This document shows positions 20,047 through 29,962 of a stretch of DNA of 64,000 bases, in pieces. The stretch is from the IMG/VR virus record IMGVR_UViG_3300014204_007706, positions 7,584 to 71,583 of that record; one strand, given 5' to 3'. The stretch is from a virus. Taxonomy: Duplodnaviria; Caudoviricetes. Position numbers and translations under genes: made by a program. The first letter of the stretch is position 1, and every line of letters begins with the position of its first letter. Below the pieces are notes generated by a model. The model searched no databases, was not told where the DNA came from, and was given only the letters and a program-made list of their open reading frames with translations.

Positions 20047-20351
20047 ATTTTTAATAGGTTGATTTCATACTGAACCACCCGGTGTTTTGACTGCCCGACT
20101 GGGACCAGTATTTGCTTTTCCTCCAAGTAACGAACTGTGCGCTGGACAGTTCGTAAGGAAAGATTCAAGCTATGTGATAGCTCACTGGCCGACCTGTAAG
20201 GCCGCTTAGTGCGCAGTCTGCCAGCAGCGCTATAGTATTCCGCTAGAATAGCGGCGGCGTTTAAACCTAAATGTTTTATCCAGTTATACTGTAGTTTTAA
20301 AAATGCTCGTCCACTTTCAGAAGGCTGGAAGCGTTCACTGTTTTTTGGCAT
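20031..20351 (-). CDS. Winged-HTH DNA-binding protein (candidate initiator/regulator)
   Basis: SASELSHSLNLSLRTVQRTVRYLEEKQIL HTH; ATG 20351 with GGAGG; 3' end overlaps the DnaA boxes. Confidence 0.7.
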   Translation of the reverse strand: MPKNSERFQPSESGRAFLKLQYNWIKHLGLNAAAILAEYYSAAGRLRTKRPYRSASELSHSLNLSLRTVQRTVRYLEEKQILVPVGQSKHRVVQYEINLLKIVDNL

Positions 20352-20377
20352 ATGTCCTCCATAGGGTTGTGTCACCT

Positions 20378-20427
20378 ATAGTATACGACAAAATGACGTA
20401 ACCTGCTAGTATTGTCGTATACTATAC
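20378..20427. promoter_or_regulatory. Back-to-back divergent promoters (14-bp inverted repeat) at the strand switch
   Basis: ATAGTATACGACAA 20378-91 is the exact reverse complement of TTGTCGTATACTAT 20412-25; a fourth copy of the origin palindrome lies at 20383-20401. Confidence 0.7.
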
Positions 20428-20474
20428 GTGAAGCACATTTCGTGCTACTTTATATGTTCAATATCTGGAGACGT

Positions 20475-22289
20475 ATGACAAAATTTGAAGTAACAAACTA
20501 TGCAAACATATGTAGAATAACCTCTGATAACTACCTTTTTAACCAGTGGGTGCCCAAAAGTCCGGCACGTAAGTGGATGCGCTTGGAGAAATTCTGGGGT
20601 TACCCTATAACAGAATTGCGCGACCTTACAGATTTTTTACAAAAAATAAATGAGACTTTTTGGGTTGACCCCAAGGTGCAGGACGAACTTATAAAGTTCT
20701 CTACTAAAGTGGAGATAGTCCGCCGAATTAAAGAAGGTGAGATTACAGATTTCAACATTACTAAACCTGCCTTATTTAAAACAGAGCTAACAGAAAAATT
20801 TCAGTACCAGTACGGAGTGATCTCGCAGATGCTTTTAATGCGGCGTGCTTTACTTGTGCTGGACGTTGGCCTCGGAAAGACAATTATTTCTTTATACACA
20901 ATTCTTAAACTCCGCGAGATGCTCAAAGGCAGCGCGTTAATTATTTGCGAGTCCAATCAGATACACAAACCTTGGCTGGACACACTAATGAAGTTCACTG
21001 ATATTAAAGACTACTTAATTGTTGAAGGGGACGCTGCCGAGCGTCAGCGTAAAATAGCTCAAGGTAAAGCAAACTTAGATAAGCACTGGTTATGGATAGC
21101 TTCATACGACACTGTAAAAATAGAGTGGCAAAATATGAATATTAACTGGACGACTATGGTTTTGGACGAAATCACAAAAGTAAAGAACGTGTCCACGGAT
21201 GCATTTAAAGCTCTTGATGAGCTTGACGCTACTTACAAATTCGGACTCTCTGCAACACCTGTTATGACAAACTACTTTGATTTATATGGTATAATGAAAA
21301 CGGTCAACCCAGATGTCTTTACAAATAAAGATAACTTTACAACACGTTATCTGGAGCTCGACTGGTTCGGGAATCCTAAAGGTGTAAAAGAGGGTATGGA
21401 GGAAGAGCTTAAACGCAAGGTATATCCATGGACTGTACAGGTGCGCAAAAAGGACGTAGGCCAAGTAAAGCCTAAAGAGTTTATAACACTTCCTGTGCCG
21501 CTGGTACCCTTGCAGCAGGTAGAACTCGACCGTATCAATAGCGAGATAGCCAACGGAGATAGAACGGCGTTTGAAAGTGGTACAGTACTCCGGCAAATTT
21601 GCAACACACTGCGTATTGTGTCTGAAGTTGTGCCTGTATTAGACTCTGAAGGGAATGCGGTGTACGATGCTAAGGGTAAGGTTAAAACAAAATCACTCTT
21701 ACGTTATCCAGACATACCCATGGCGGACTCAACAAATAAGGTGGCAGTACTTAAAGACATCTTAAAAAAGAAAGTGGTGGGCGAGAATAAAAAGGTTGTT
21801 GTTTTTAGCTTTTTTAAAACCGCGGTATCACTCTTAGAAAAAGAGCTGCTTCAGGATTACCGGGTAAAAACTATCACAGGTGATACGTTACGAGGTTGTA
21901 AATTCCCACAGGTTGTACAATGTAACAAGTGTCCAAAGTATCGCTATTGTAAAATGATCAAAAAGGAAATATGGGAATTTGTAGAAGGAGATGTACAAGT
22001 ACTATTGGGAACAGACAGCCTCTCTAGGGCGCACAATCTTTATACATGTGACACCATTATTAATTTTGATCTGCCCTGGTCCAGTGCAGACTTGGAACAG
22101 CGCATCGGACGTATTGACCGTGCCAATAACGTTGCTGAGAAACTCCACATTATCAATTTAGTGACCCTTGGAACCATCGAAGAGCGTATTATCAAAATTA
22201 TTGAGACAAAGCAGAAGGAATCAGACAAGGTATTCCCGGCCTACAACGTCAGCCTTAGCCGGTTATCCTCAACTATAAAGGTGAAATAA
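20475..22289 (+). CDS. SNF2-family (SF2) helicase
   Basis: LDVGLGKT, MVLDEIT, GLSATP, INFDLPWS, QRIGRIDR; start moved to ATG 20475 with GGAG RBS. Confidence 0.88.
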   Translation: MTKFEVTNYANICRITSDNYLFNQWVPKSPARKWMRLEKFWGYPITELRDLTDFLQKINETFWVDPKVQDELIKFSTKVEIVRRIKEGEITDFNITKPALFKTELTEKFQYQYGVISQMLLMRRALLVLDVGLGKTIISLYTILKLREMLKGSALIICESNQIHKPWLDTLMKFTDIKDYLIVEGDAAERQRKIAQGKANLDKHWLWIASYDTVKIEWQNMNINWTTMVLDEITKVKNVSTDAFKALDELDATYKFGLSATPVMTNYFDLYGIMKTVNPDVFTNKDNFTTRYLELDWFGNPKGVKEGMEEELKRKVYPWTVQVRKKDVGQVKPKEFITLPVPLVPLQQVELDRINSEIANGDRTAFESGTVLRQICNTLRIVSEVVPVLDSEGNAVYDAKGKVKTKSLLRYPDIPMADSTNKVAVLKDILKKKVVGENKKVVVFSFFKTAVSLLEKELLQDYRVKTITGDTLRGCKFPQVVQCNKCPKYRYCKMIKKEIWEFVEGDVQVLLGTDSLSRAHNLYTCDTIINFDLPWSSADLEQRIGRIDRANNVAEKLHIINLVTLGTIEERIIKIIETKQKESDKVFPAYNVSLSRLSSTIKVK

Positions 22290-22290
22290 C

Positions 22291-22665
22291 ATGAAGTACC
22301 CACACCCACAGATCATACCAAAGCAGCTTAATGGTATTATCCACAAAAGTCCCTTGGAACAGATGAAACAGTTTGTTAAAATTCAGGGCGCTAGCGGAAA
22401 TTGGGATTATGACCCCTATATGTTAGGAATCTACAACGGCCTGGAACTATGTTTGTCATCACTTGAAAAGCGTAACCCTGTTTTTAAAGATCCACCAAAA
22501 GTTTGGGGATTTGAAAAGGAGCCTATACATGACGTACTTGGAGCTAATGGCAGCATACAATCTTCAGAAGAAAAAATTATTAGTGGAACCAACGCTGAGT
22601 CAGAACCTGTGCAAGCTCCCTCCGGTGGAGCAGGGGGCGTACTTCCTGGACATAAGGTTCTTTAA
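22291..22665 (+). CDS. Hypothetical protein carrying HPQIIPK motif
   Basis: 124-aa ORF starting 1 nt after the helicase stop. Confidence 0.6.
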   Translation: MKYPHPQIIPKQLNGIIHKSPLEQMKQFVKIQGASGNWDYDPYMLGIYNGLELCLSSLEKRNPVFKDPPKVWGFEKEPIHDVLGANGSIQSSEEKIISGTNAESEPVQAPSGGAGGVLPGHKVL

Positions 22666-22690
22666 TTCCAAACTCTCTTACAAAGAGAAC

Positions 22691-23170
22691 ATGGAGGTCA
22701 AGCTATACCAGGCCAAGCTGTTGGGCCAGGAAGGACACTTAATATATTTTGGGGATATCAAAAACAACATGCTGTATCAGCGGGCGGAGCTTCGTGACGG
22801 GGAGTACTCTACCTACCTGCAGGGAGGGCTCGTGGAAAACTCGCCGGGTTTTGCTCGCAAGTTTAAATTCCACAAAGATCACTACGTGGTAAAGACATAC
22901 TGTGGTGGAAAACTTTTTATGGTGCTTAATTTGTCGTATAATATACTTGCTGAGAAGCTGTCTAAAGTTTTTGCACAACACGGACCGCGTTTTGGTAAAA
23001 GTTTTTACCAAGTACGGGCGTATGACTCCGGTGCTTCTGCACAGCTTATCAGCAGAACGAAGTTGTTAGGAGATATGGAGATACTGACAATATTGGAGAA
23101 GGCAGATATACAGGTGCAGGTTCTTCTTAATGCACCCGGGAACCAAACGGCCGTTCTTAGTGTGAGGTAA
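22691..23170 (+). CDS. Hypothetical protein
   Basis: Start moved to ATG 22691 to remove overlap with the previous gene. Confidence 0.55.
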   Translation: MEVKLYQAKLLGQEGHLIYFGDIKNNMLYQRAELRDGEYSTYLQGGLVENSPGFARKFKFHKDHYVVKTYCGGKLFMVLNLSYNILAEKLSKVFAQHGPRFGKSFYQVRAYDSGASAQLISRTKLLGDMEILTILEKADIQVQVLLNAPGNQTAVLSVR

Positions 23171-23171
23171 C

Positions 23172-23750
23172 ATGGCGATAGTAATAAAAGAAACTGTGGG
23201 CGTGTATATTGTAAACCCGCAAGATAGGTTTTATAAGCGAGCGTACAAAGCCAAAAACATAAAAAAATTTTTGGCCTCAATAAAGCAGCCACATACGGTT
23301 AAGTACCTTACGGTGCCAAACATCTATAAGATTAAGCTCGCGGACATTACACCACTGACAAAGACGTTGAATATTATAGTTATTCCGTCAAACACATTTT
23401 TCTTTGACTTGTTCATACACAGCGGGCACATTGTTATGGTGGTATCGTTAGATACAGCCGACTGGCGATACTCACACGGGATTTACTGTCAGTCGCTAAC
23501 ACTCGTACGTAGGTATCTTGGGGGGTTGCCGGTGGATATACTGGAGGGTTCGATGTACCGGCGCATGAAGCCGGAAGGAAAGGCCATAATCCTGGCCAGC
23601 ATGGTGGATATAAAAAAGTTTGAGTTTTTTAGCAAAATATACTTACGAATTTTAAAGATAAAGCTTGACAGAAAAATTAAAGATGCTATAATAAGGGTGT
23701 TGGTTCTAAAAAAGAATAAATACATACTATACTCTAAGGAGTCGGCCTAA
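23172..23750 (+). CDS. Hypothetical protein
   Basis: 192-aa ORF with GAGG RBS. Confidence 0.55.
   Translation: MAIVIKETVGVYIVNPQDRFYKRAYKAKNIKKFLASIKQPHTVKYLTVPNIYKIKLADITPLTKTLNIIVIPSNTFFFDLFIHSGHIVMVVSLDTADWRYSHGIYCQSLTLVRRYLGGLPVDILEGSMYRRMKPEGKAIILASMVDIKKFEFFSKIYLRILKIKLDRKIKDAIIRVLVLKKNKYILYSKESA
23665..23692 (+). promoter_or_regulatory. Sigma-70-like promoter upstream of the helicase-loader gene
   Basis: TTGACA-16nt-TATAAT with TG extension. Confidence 0.5.
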
Positions 23751-24464
23751 ATGACATGTCCAAAATGTAATGACTTAGGCTATCTTGAGGATCGCGCACA
23801 TAACGCAATGGTAAGATGGTGTGACTGTCCTGCGGGTAGACGCGTCTATAAACTGCAGTGGGATAAAAAGCTCGAAGACGCTGGAATACCTTTAGAATTT
23901 TGGAATTTAAGTTTCAACGATTTTTGTCCCCAACAGGGGTTTAAGTCCCACTTAGTATTCATGCGTGATCTGGAATTCTTTCTTAAAAACATTGAGACGC
24001 ACCGGGCCGAAGGAACTATGTGGTTAATATGCGGCGAGTCCGGCGTTGGTAAAACTTTGGGTGCCGCTTGCATACTGAGACAAGCCATACGCAGGGATTA
24101 TAAGGCTAAGTATACGGTGTGGACTACCATAGTGGACGCCACACTGAGCACCTTTGAGAAGGACATTTTAGAAGATATACTGGACGTAGATTTTCTTGTA
24201 ATAGATGACTTAGGTAATGATAAAATAAACGTGAACACTAAGTCAAATTACTCCGCCGACTTACTGGAGAAAATAATAAAACCGCGCTACAGCAATAAGC
24301 GTCCTACCATCTTAGTTTCTTCTAAGCAGTACAAGGACTTAATACCAAAGTATCCTATTTTGCAACACATGATTCCTGATGAATGGCGCTCGTACGTTAC
24401 CGGTGAAAGTTTTAGAACAAAGAAGATAGCGATAAAGCCTCCATCGCCGCCAAAACAAGCCTAA
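23751..24464 (+). CDS. DnaC/IstB-like AAA+ helicase loader with N-terminal Zn-binding motif
   Basis: CPKC...CDC; Walker A GESGVGKT; Walker B FLVIDDLG; precedes the DnaB-like gene. Confidence 0.85.
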   Translation: MTCPKCNDLGYLEDRAHNAMVRWCDCPAGRRVYKLQWDKKLEDAGIPLEFWNLSFNDFCPQQGFKSHLVFMRDLEFFLKNIETHRAEGTMWLICGESGVGKTLGAACILRQAIRRDYKAKYTVWTTIVDATLSTFEKDILEDILDVDFLVIDDLGNDKINVNTKSNYSADLLEKIIKPRYSNKRPTILVSSKQYKDLIPKYPILQHMIPDEWRSYVTGESFRTKKIAIKPPSPPKQA

Positions 24465-24484
24465 CCTAACCTGAAGGGAGATAT

Positions 24485-25828
24485 ATGCTGGATATAGAAA
24501 AGTTAGTCTTACAGTATGCATTAGTTGTTCCAGGAACTACTAACGAACTGCTCTCTGCGGGCATAGACTCTTCATTCTTTTTGAACGTAACAAACAGAAT
24601 TGTAGCGGGCTCCTTATTTGACCACTTTAAGTTATATGGTCAACCTATTTCTGCCGGCGCATTGCGTATGAAATTATTGCAATTGCAAGTTCCACCCGCG
24701 ACCGCAGAGGAGTATCTAAGCTTTGATACCGGAGCTGTTGTAGATTTTCAGATAGACTGGTTGATTTCAGAACTTCGCGCGCATAAAAAGAAAAACATTA
24801 TTGAAAGTGGTATCCAAGAAGCTATAATGAGTCTTCGCGGTACGGATCCGCTGTCTGCAGAATCAAACCTACAGCGTACAATTTCTGAGTTATCCAGACT
24901 TAATACGTCCAATAAGCTGGTTTCAAATTTAAATGACGAAATTGGCTCGATTGTTTCCGGACTTAAACTTCCAAAACAGGAGAACTTTTTTCTGACTGGC
25001 TACGCCGAGATGGATGACGCCACAGGAGGATTTCTTCCTGGATGGCTGGTCCTCTTAGCAGCGCTCCCTAAAATAGGCAAGTCACGTACTTTGGTAAATA
25101 TGGTATGTAACTATGTTCGGCGCGGGCAAAACGTTCTTGTTTTTTCTCTTGAAATTGCTAAGGAGCAGTATATTAATCTGTGCTTAAGCTGTTTCACGCG
25201 TACACCCTACGCACATGTAGAAAAACATATGCTAACTCCTGAAGAAGACCAGAAAATGGCGGAAATTACCACGCTTCTGCAAACGTCTTACGGAAAGCTG
25301 GATATCGTGGATACTTTAGGCAGTTGCACACCCACAGACATACAAAGCTGGATTAACAAACAACAGCAGGAAAAAGGTATTAAATACGACATCATAATTG
25401 TAGACCACGCTTCTATGATGCGCCCTGACCTGCCTACAGGTAAGGATCATTTAGACCAGAGTCAAATAGCTTTGGATTTAAAATCTATGGCGCGTAAAAA
25501 TAACCAGGTGTTTTTAGTAGCTTTGCAGCGTAAGAACGACGAAGCCAGAACACGACGTGCTGTTAAGAAGGACGACGAAACACCTGATGCGGGTGGAGAG
25601 TCCATAGGAAGGTCTTTCACGTGGTACCAGCTCGGTGACATCGTTATGATTATACAGAACGACCGGCCTGACGGTTTAGCTATTTCAACATTAAAATTTA
25701 GCGTAACCTCACGATGGGGCGCTTGTACGTCCTTCGCTTTAATTAAAGATTTTAACACTACCGCCGTACTTTCAATAAAAGATAATCCTCAGATGAAGGG
25801 TATGTGGGACGACGGTACACTCGGATAA
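24485..25828 (+). CDS. dnaB: DnaB-like replicative helicase
   Basis: LAALPKIGKS, FSLEI, IIIVDH, VALQR motifs. Confidence 0.85.
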   Translation: MLDIEKLVLQYALVVPGTTNELLSAGIDSSFFLNVTNRIVAGSLFDHFKLYGQPISAGALRMKLLQLQVPPATAEEYLSFDTGAVVDFQIDWLISELRAHKKKNIIESGIQEAIMSLRGTDPLSAESNLQRTISELSRLNTSNKLVSNLNDEIGSIVSGLKLPKQENFFLTGYAEMDDATGGFLPGWLVLLAALPKIGKSRTLVNMVCNYVRRGQNVLVFSLEIAKEQYINLCLSCFTRTPYAHVEKHMLTPEEDQKMAEITTLLQTSYGKLDIVDTLGSCTPTDIQSWINKQQQEKGIKYDIIIVDHASMMRPDLPTGKDHLDQSQIALDLKSMARKNNQVFLVALQRKNDEARTRRAVKKDDETPDAGGESIGRSFTWYQLGDIVMIIQNDRPDGLAISTLKFSVTSRWGACTSFALIKDFNTTAVLSIKDNPQMKGMWDDGTLG

Positions 25829-25843
25829 TTCCAGGAGACTCGC

Positions 25844-27841
25844 ATGAAAATAACTAATAAGTTTGGAGATATTTTGGATTATAGTAAAGACGATCTTCGT
25901 AGTTCTATAGAAAAAGCCTTTCGTATGTCTGAAAATTCAGTTATTGATGAAGTCGTGGACGAACTTACTGAGCAAGTTACCACAAAACTTAAGGCTCTTA
26001 AACCTATCACAACGGATATAGTGTCTTCGGTCGTGGAAGAAGTTTTGCGCGAAGGCAGCTACTTTGGTGTTTTTGAACAGTACCGGACACATCAGCAGCT
26101 GAAAGCTAACTTACAAGCTTCTGCAGGTGTACGCAATGTCTTTAACAAATACCTCGATAAGTCCGCGTGGGAAATTAATGAGAACGCAAACATGTCTTAC
26201 TCACTCCAAGGATTAAATCATGCAATAATACGGGGAGTAATTGAAAAGCACTGGCTGGAGAAAATATATCCTGAAAAAGTTGCCATGGCATACCGTGAAG
26301 GTTTTATCCATATACACGATTTAGACGCTCTATCCGCATATTGCTGCGGATGGGATTTGCAAGATTTACTCACGCGTGGATTCGGCGGAGTCCCCGGAAA
26401 AATTTACTCCGGGCCGCCAAAGCACCTATCTGCAGCGCTCGGCCAGTTAGTAAATTTTTTATTTACACTACAAGGTGAAATCGCAGGGGCTGTAGCAGTG
26501 TCTAATGTTGATACGTACATGGCGCCTTTTATTGCACGTGATAAGCTGAGCTACAAGGAAGTTAAACAGGCCGTACAGGAATTTATTTACAACATGAATG
26601 TACCAACACGCGTGGGGTTTCAGCCGCCCTTTTCTAATGTTACATTAGACTTAACCATACCTAAGCACTTGAAAAATACGCCTATAATTATCGGAGGATT
26701 GCCTCAAGAGGAAACTTATGGTGAGTTCCAGGCAGAAGCCGATATGTTTAACAAAGCATTTTTTGAAGTTATGTCCGAAGGTGATGCACATGGACGCATA
26801 TTCACATTTCCTATACCGACGGTTAACATTACAAAAAACTTCGACTGGGAAAATCCGGCATTAAATATTTTGTGGGATGTTACTGCTAAATACGGTACAG
26901 CTTACTTTGCAAATTTTATTAACTCGGACATGGACCCGTCAGAAACCAGGTCTATGTGCTGCCGTCTAAAACTGAGTTTGCGGGAGATTCACAAGCGTCA
27001 TGGCGGGTTATTTGGGTCCGGAAGTCTTACAGGCAGTATTGGTGTGGTTACGCTAAACTTACCAATGCTTGCCTATGAAGCGAAAGGTTCCAGAGATAAG
27101 TTCTATACTAACATCGAGAAGTATCTTGAAATAGCTAGCAGGTCTTTAGAAATAAAGAGAGACGTTATCGAGGCTTTTACTACGCAAGGATTATATCCTT
27201 ATACTAAAACTTACTTAGAAAGTTCATATGCGCGGGATAAAAAATACTGGGGGAGCCACTTTTCAACAATAGGTCTCATTGGTATGTACGAAGCTGCCGT
27301 GGCGCTAGGGATAGATTATACTTCCGCAGAAGGTCGTAAGTTTGCCGAGACCGTGCTGAAGTTTATGAATCGTAAACTTGTGTACTTTCAGAATACTACA
27401 GGAAATTTTTATAACTTAGAGGCTACTCCGGCAGAAGGAGCTTCGTACAAACTGGCGTTGGCTGCAAAAAAGAAATACCCGGATATTTTTACGTCCGGTG
27501 TTGCCACGCCTTATTTTACAAACTCAACAACACTACCTGTCGGGCACAGCACTGACATCTTTAAAATACTAGAACACCAAGATACGCTGCAAACATTATA
27601 TTCGGGTGGTACAGTTTTGCATGCTTACTTAGGAGAAAAAATTACAGGCGACCAGTCTAAACTTATGGTAAAAAAGATATTAAGTAATTATAAAATACCT
27701 TACTTATCAATTACACCAACTTTTTCTGTGTGTCCTGCACACGGGTATTTGGCAGGGGAGCATTCACTATGTCCGAAGTGTACTGAAGAGAAAGACACGT
27801 TAATAAACAGAATTGCCCAACTTAAGGAGGAACTAAAGTGA
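25844..27841 (+). CDS. nrdD: Class III (anaerobic) ribonucleotide reductase with ATP-cone; glycyl-radical tail absent
   Basis: ATP-cone; IHIHDL, YCCGW, SMCCRL, EATPAEG, TPTFSVCPAHGY...CPKC; no C-terminal RxxGY. Confidence 0.9.
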   Translation: MKITNKFGDILDYSKDDLRSSIEKAFRMSENSVIDEVVDELTEQVTTKLKALKPITTDIVSSVVEEVLREGSYFGVFEQYRTHQQLKANLQASAGVRNVFNKYLDKSAWEINENANMSYSLQGLNHAIIRGVIEKHWLEKIYPEKVAMAYREGFIHIHDLDALSAYCCGWDLQDLLTRGFGGVPGKIYSGPPKHLSAALGQLVNFLFTLQGEIAGAVAVSNVDTYMAPFIARDKLSYKEVKQAVQEFIYNMNVPTRVGFQPPFSNVTLDLTIPKHLKNTPIIIGGLPQEETYGEFQAEADMFNKAFFEVMSEGDAHGRIFTFPIPTVNITKNFDWENPALNILWDVTAKYGTAYFANFINSDMDPSETRSMCCRLKLSLREIHKRHGGLFGSGSLTGSIGVVTLNLPMLAYEAKGSRDKFYTNIEKYLEIASRSLEIKRDVIEAFTTQGLYPYTKTYLESSYARDKKYWGSHFSTIGLIGMYEAAVALGIDYTSAEGRKFAETVLKFMNRKLVYFQNTTGNFYNLEATPAEGASYKLALAAKKKYPDIFTSGVATPYFTNSTTLPVGHSTDIFKILEHQDTLQTLYSGGTVLHAYLGEKITGDQSKLMVKKILSNYKIPYLSITPTFSVCPAHGYLAGEHSLCPKCTEEKDTLINRIAQLKEELK

Positions 27842-28620
27842 GAATGGCAGACGAGCAGCTAGAGCTGGAAAGTCTCAAGCGCTATGAAGAAGGAAAACCC
27901 AAAATTAGCGTAATAGTCCCATGCTACAATCGTGAAGCCTTTATTCAGGAGTGTGTAGTATCTATAATGTCAAATGACTATATGCGCCGCGGAGAACTAA
28001 TCATTGTAGACGACGGTAGTACTGATAGTTCTGCCCAAAAAATTTCATCCCTAGTTGACATGTATACTGCCGATGGATATACTATACGTAGCATAAAGCA
28101 TGATACAAATCGTGGCGTATCTGCAGCGCGTAATACTGGAATATCGGACTCCCTTGCGGACATTGTAGTTTGTATCGACGCAGATGATATAGTCCCGCCA
28201 AATTTTTTGCGCAAGAATTACCAGAACATGTACTCAAATAAAGTGGACGTTTCATATACAGAGGTTCAGTGTTTTGGGTCCGAAATAACCAAGCATGCGT
28301 GGCCAGAGTTTTCACTAGACCATTTGCGGCGTGAAAATTACATACCATGTAGCGCCATGATGCGCAAAGATGTATGGGTAAAGGCTGCAGGTTTTGACGA
28401 AACTATGAAAAGCGGACTAGAGGACTATGATTTTTGGTTAAATGCAGCACATTTCGCAACAACTAAGTTTAAAAAATGCAATGAGACCATATTGTTGTGG
28501 CGGAAGCACGATGGAAATACCACAGCAGCGGCAGACCAGGAAACTACGCGTAAAGAAATATTAAAGTATTTAAAAGATAAGCATAAAGGATGGTATCTTG
28601 GAAATGGCGAATTATCCTAA
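27838..28620 (+). CDS. GT2-family glycosyltransferase
   Basis: ISVIVPCYN, IIVDDGSTD, NRGVSAARNTG, CIDADD, LEDYDFWL. Confidence 0.9.
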   Translation: MRMADEQLELESLKRYEEGKPKISVIVPCYNREAFIQECVVSIMSNDYMRRGELIIVDDGSTDSSAQKISSLVDMYTADGYTIRSIKHDTNRGVSAARNTGISDSLADIVVCIDADDIVPPNFLRKNYQNMYSNKVDVSYTEVQCFGSEITKHAWPEFSLDHLRRENYIPCSAMMRKDVWVKAAGFDETMKSGLEDYDFWLNAAHFATTKFKKCNETILLWRKHDGNTTAAADQETTRKEILKYLKDKHKGWYLGNGELS

Positions 28621-29962
28621 GTTAACTTTCACCATGACAACATGTCAGCGCTTAGACCTATTTAAGCGTACAATGGACAGTTTTTTGAGCACATGTAAGG
28701 ACCAAGACTTAATTGAACGCTGGATTATTTGTGATGATGGCAGCTCACAAGAGGACCTTGACAGTATGAAACAGCTTTATCCTTTTTTTGAGATACACAA
28801 AAATCCAGGTAAAGGACAGGCCGCCAGCCTGAGTCACTTATTTAGTTTACCTACTACAGAATGGATCTTTCATTGCGAAGATGATTGGGAGTTTCTTAGA
28901 GTGGATAACTACATACGCAAGCTATATGATATTGCCGTACAAGACCAAAAGTTTAAAAACATTATACTCCGCGACTGGGGAGGTGACTTACGGCATTGTC
29001 CGCTCACTGATGTGGCATACACGGTTCATAGATATGATCCCAGTTGCACAGACGACGGTCAGATTATACGTACAGATTGTCACTGGTTCGGATACTCTTT
29101 TAATCCCGGATTACAACACTTGCCTACGCTAAGGGAACTTAATCCCGGCGCAAGCACCTTTGATATCACCCAGCGGTATTGGGATAAGCATATAGCGTTC
29201 CGGTACTACGCGAAGGGCTATCTTCGCGCAAATCTGATAGGTGGTTATATTAAGCACTTAGGAGATGAACGCTCCGTATACACAGCAGATCCTGCAAATG
29301 TCCCAAAAGTTATTCTGGTTACACACAAGAATCCGGAAGAAATAAAGGACCAAGTACTGGAACTTATGCATAACACACCTGAATCCTACAATTTAAATAT
29401 CACAGGTAAAAAATCTTCGGCGTCCGTAAATCGTAATGAAGGTTTAAAGTTTACGACCGCTGCGTATATAGTTATGCTAGATGATGATATACGAGGCTTT
29501 TATCCCGGGTGGTTGACTGATGCTATTCGCCCGTTAAAAGAAGACCCTAACATCGTGGTATCGTCCGCACGTTTACTTAACTTGAATGGTCAACCCGGGC
29601 CTATGATGGGCGGTTTTGGTATTCCTACAGATAAAGGCGTATATGACGCGTCTCCTAGTGGTTATAAAGGTTACCGGCGCGTTCCAACAGCGTGCATCAC
29701 TATTAGAAATGACACCCTACGTTTCGACGAGGGTTTCATTGGTTCGGGCTACGAAGACACAGCTTACATGAACGAAGTTAACATAACTTACCCGGGAAAG
29801 CGCATTGTTGTGAACAATGACTGCAGGCTTATCCACATAAATGAAGAAAAGAACCAGGGTGGAAAGTACTTTGAGCACAACCATGCGAGATATATGGAGC
29901 TATTTCCGGATGATGAACAAACACGCAACCAAAAAGATTGGACTCGGAGAGCTCAAAAATGA
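28604..29962 (+). CDS. Tandem double GT-A/GT2-like glycosyltransferase
   Basis: IICDDGS and HCEDDW in domain 1; SASVNRN, MLDDDI, GSGYEDT in domain 2. Confidence 0.8.
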   Translation: MANYPKLTFTMTTCQRLDLFKRTMDSFLSTCKDQDLIERWIICDDGSSQEDLDSMKQLYPFFEIHKNPGKGQAASLSHLFSLPTTEWIFHCEDDWEFLRVDNYIRKLYDIAVQDQKFKNIILRDWGGDLRHCPLTDVAYTVHRYDPSCTDDGQIIRTDCHWFGYSFNPGLQHLPTLRELNPGASTFDITQRYWDKHIAFRYYAKGYLRANLIGGYIKHLGDERSVYTADPANVPKVILVTHKNPEEIKDQVLELMHNTPESYNLNITGKKSSASVNRNEGLKFTTAAYIVMLDDDIRGFYPGWLTDAIRPLKEDPNIVVSSARLLNLNGQPGPMMGGFGIPTDKGVYDASPSGYKGYRRVPTACITIRNDTLRFDEGFIGSGYEDTAYMNEVNITYPGKRIVVNNDCRLIHINEEKNQGGKYFEHNHARYMELFPDDEQTRNQKDWTRRAQK

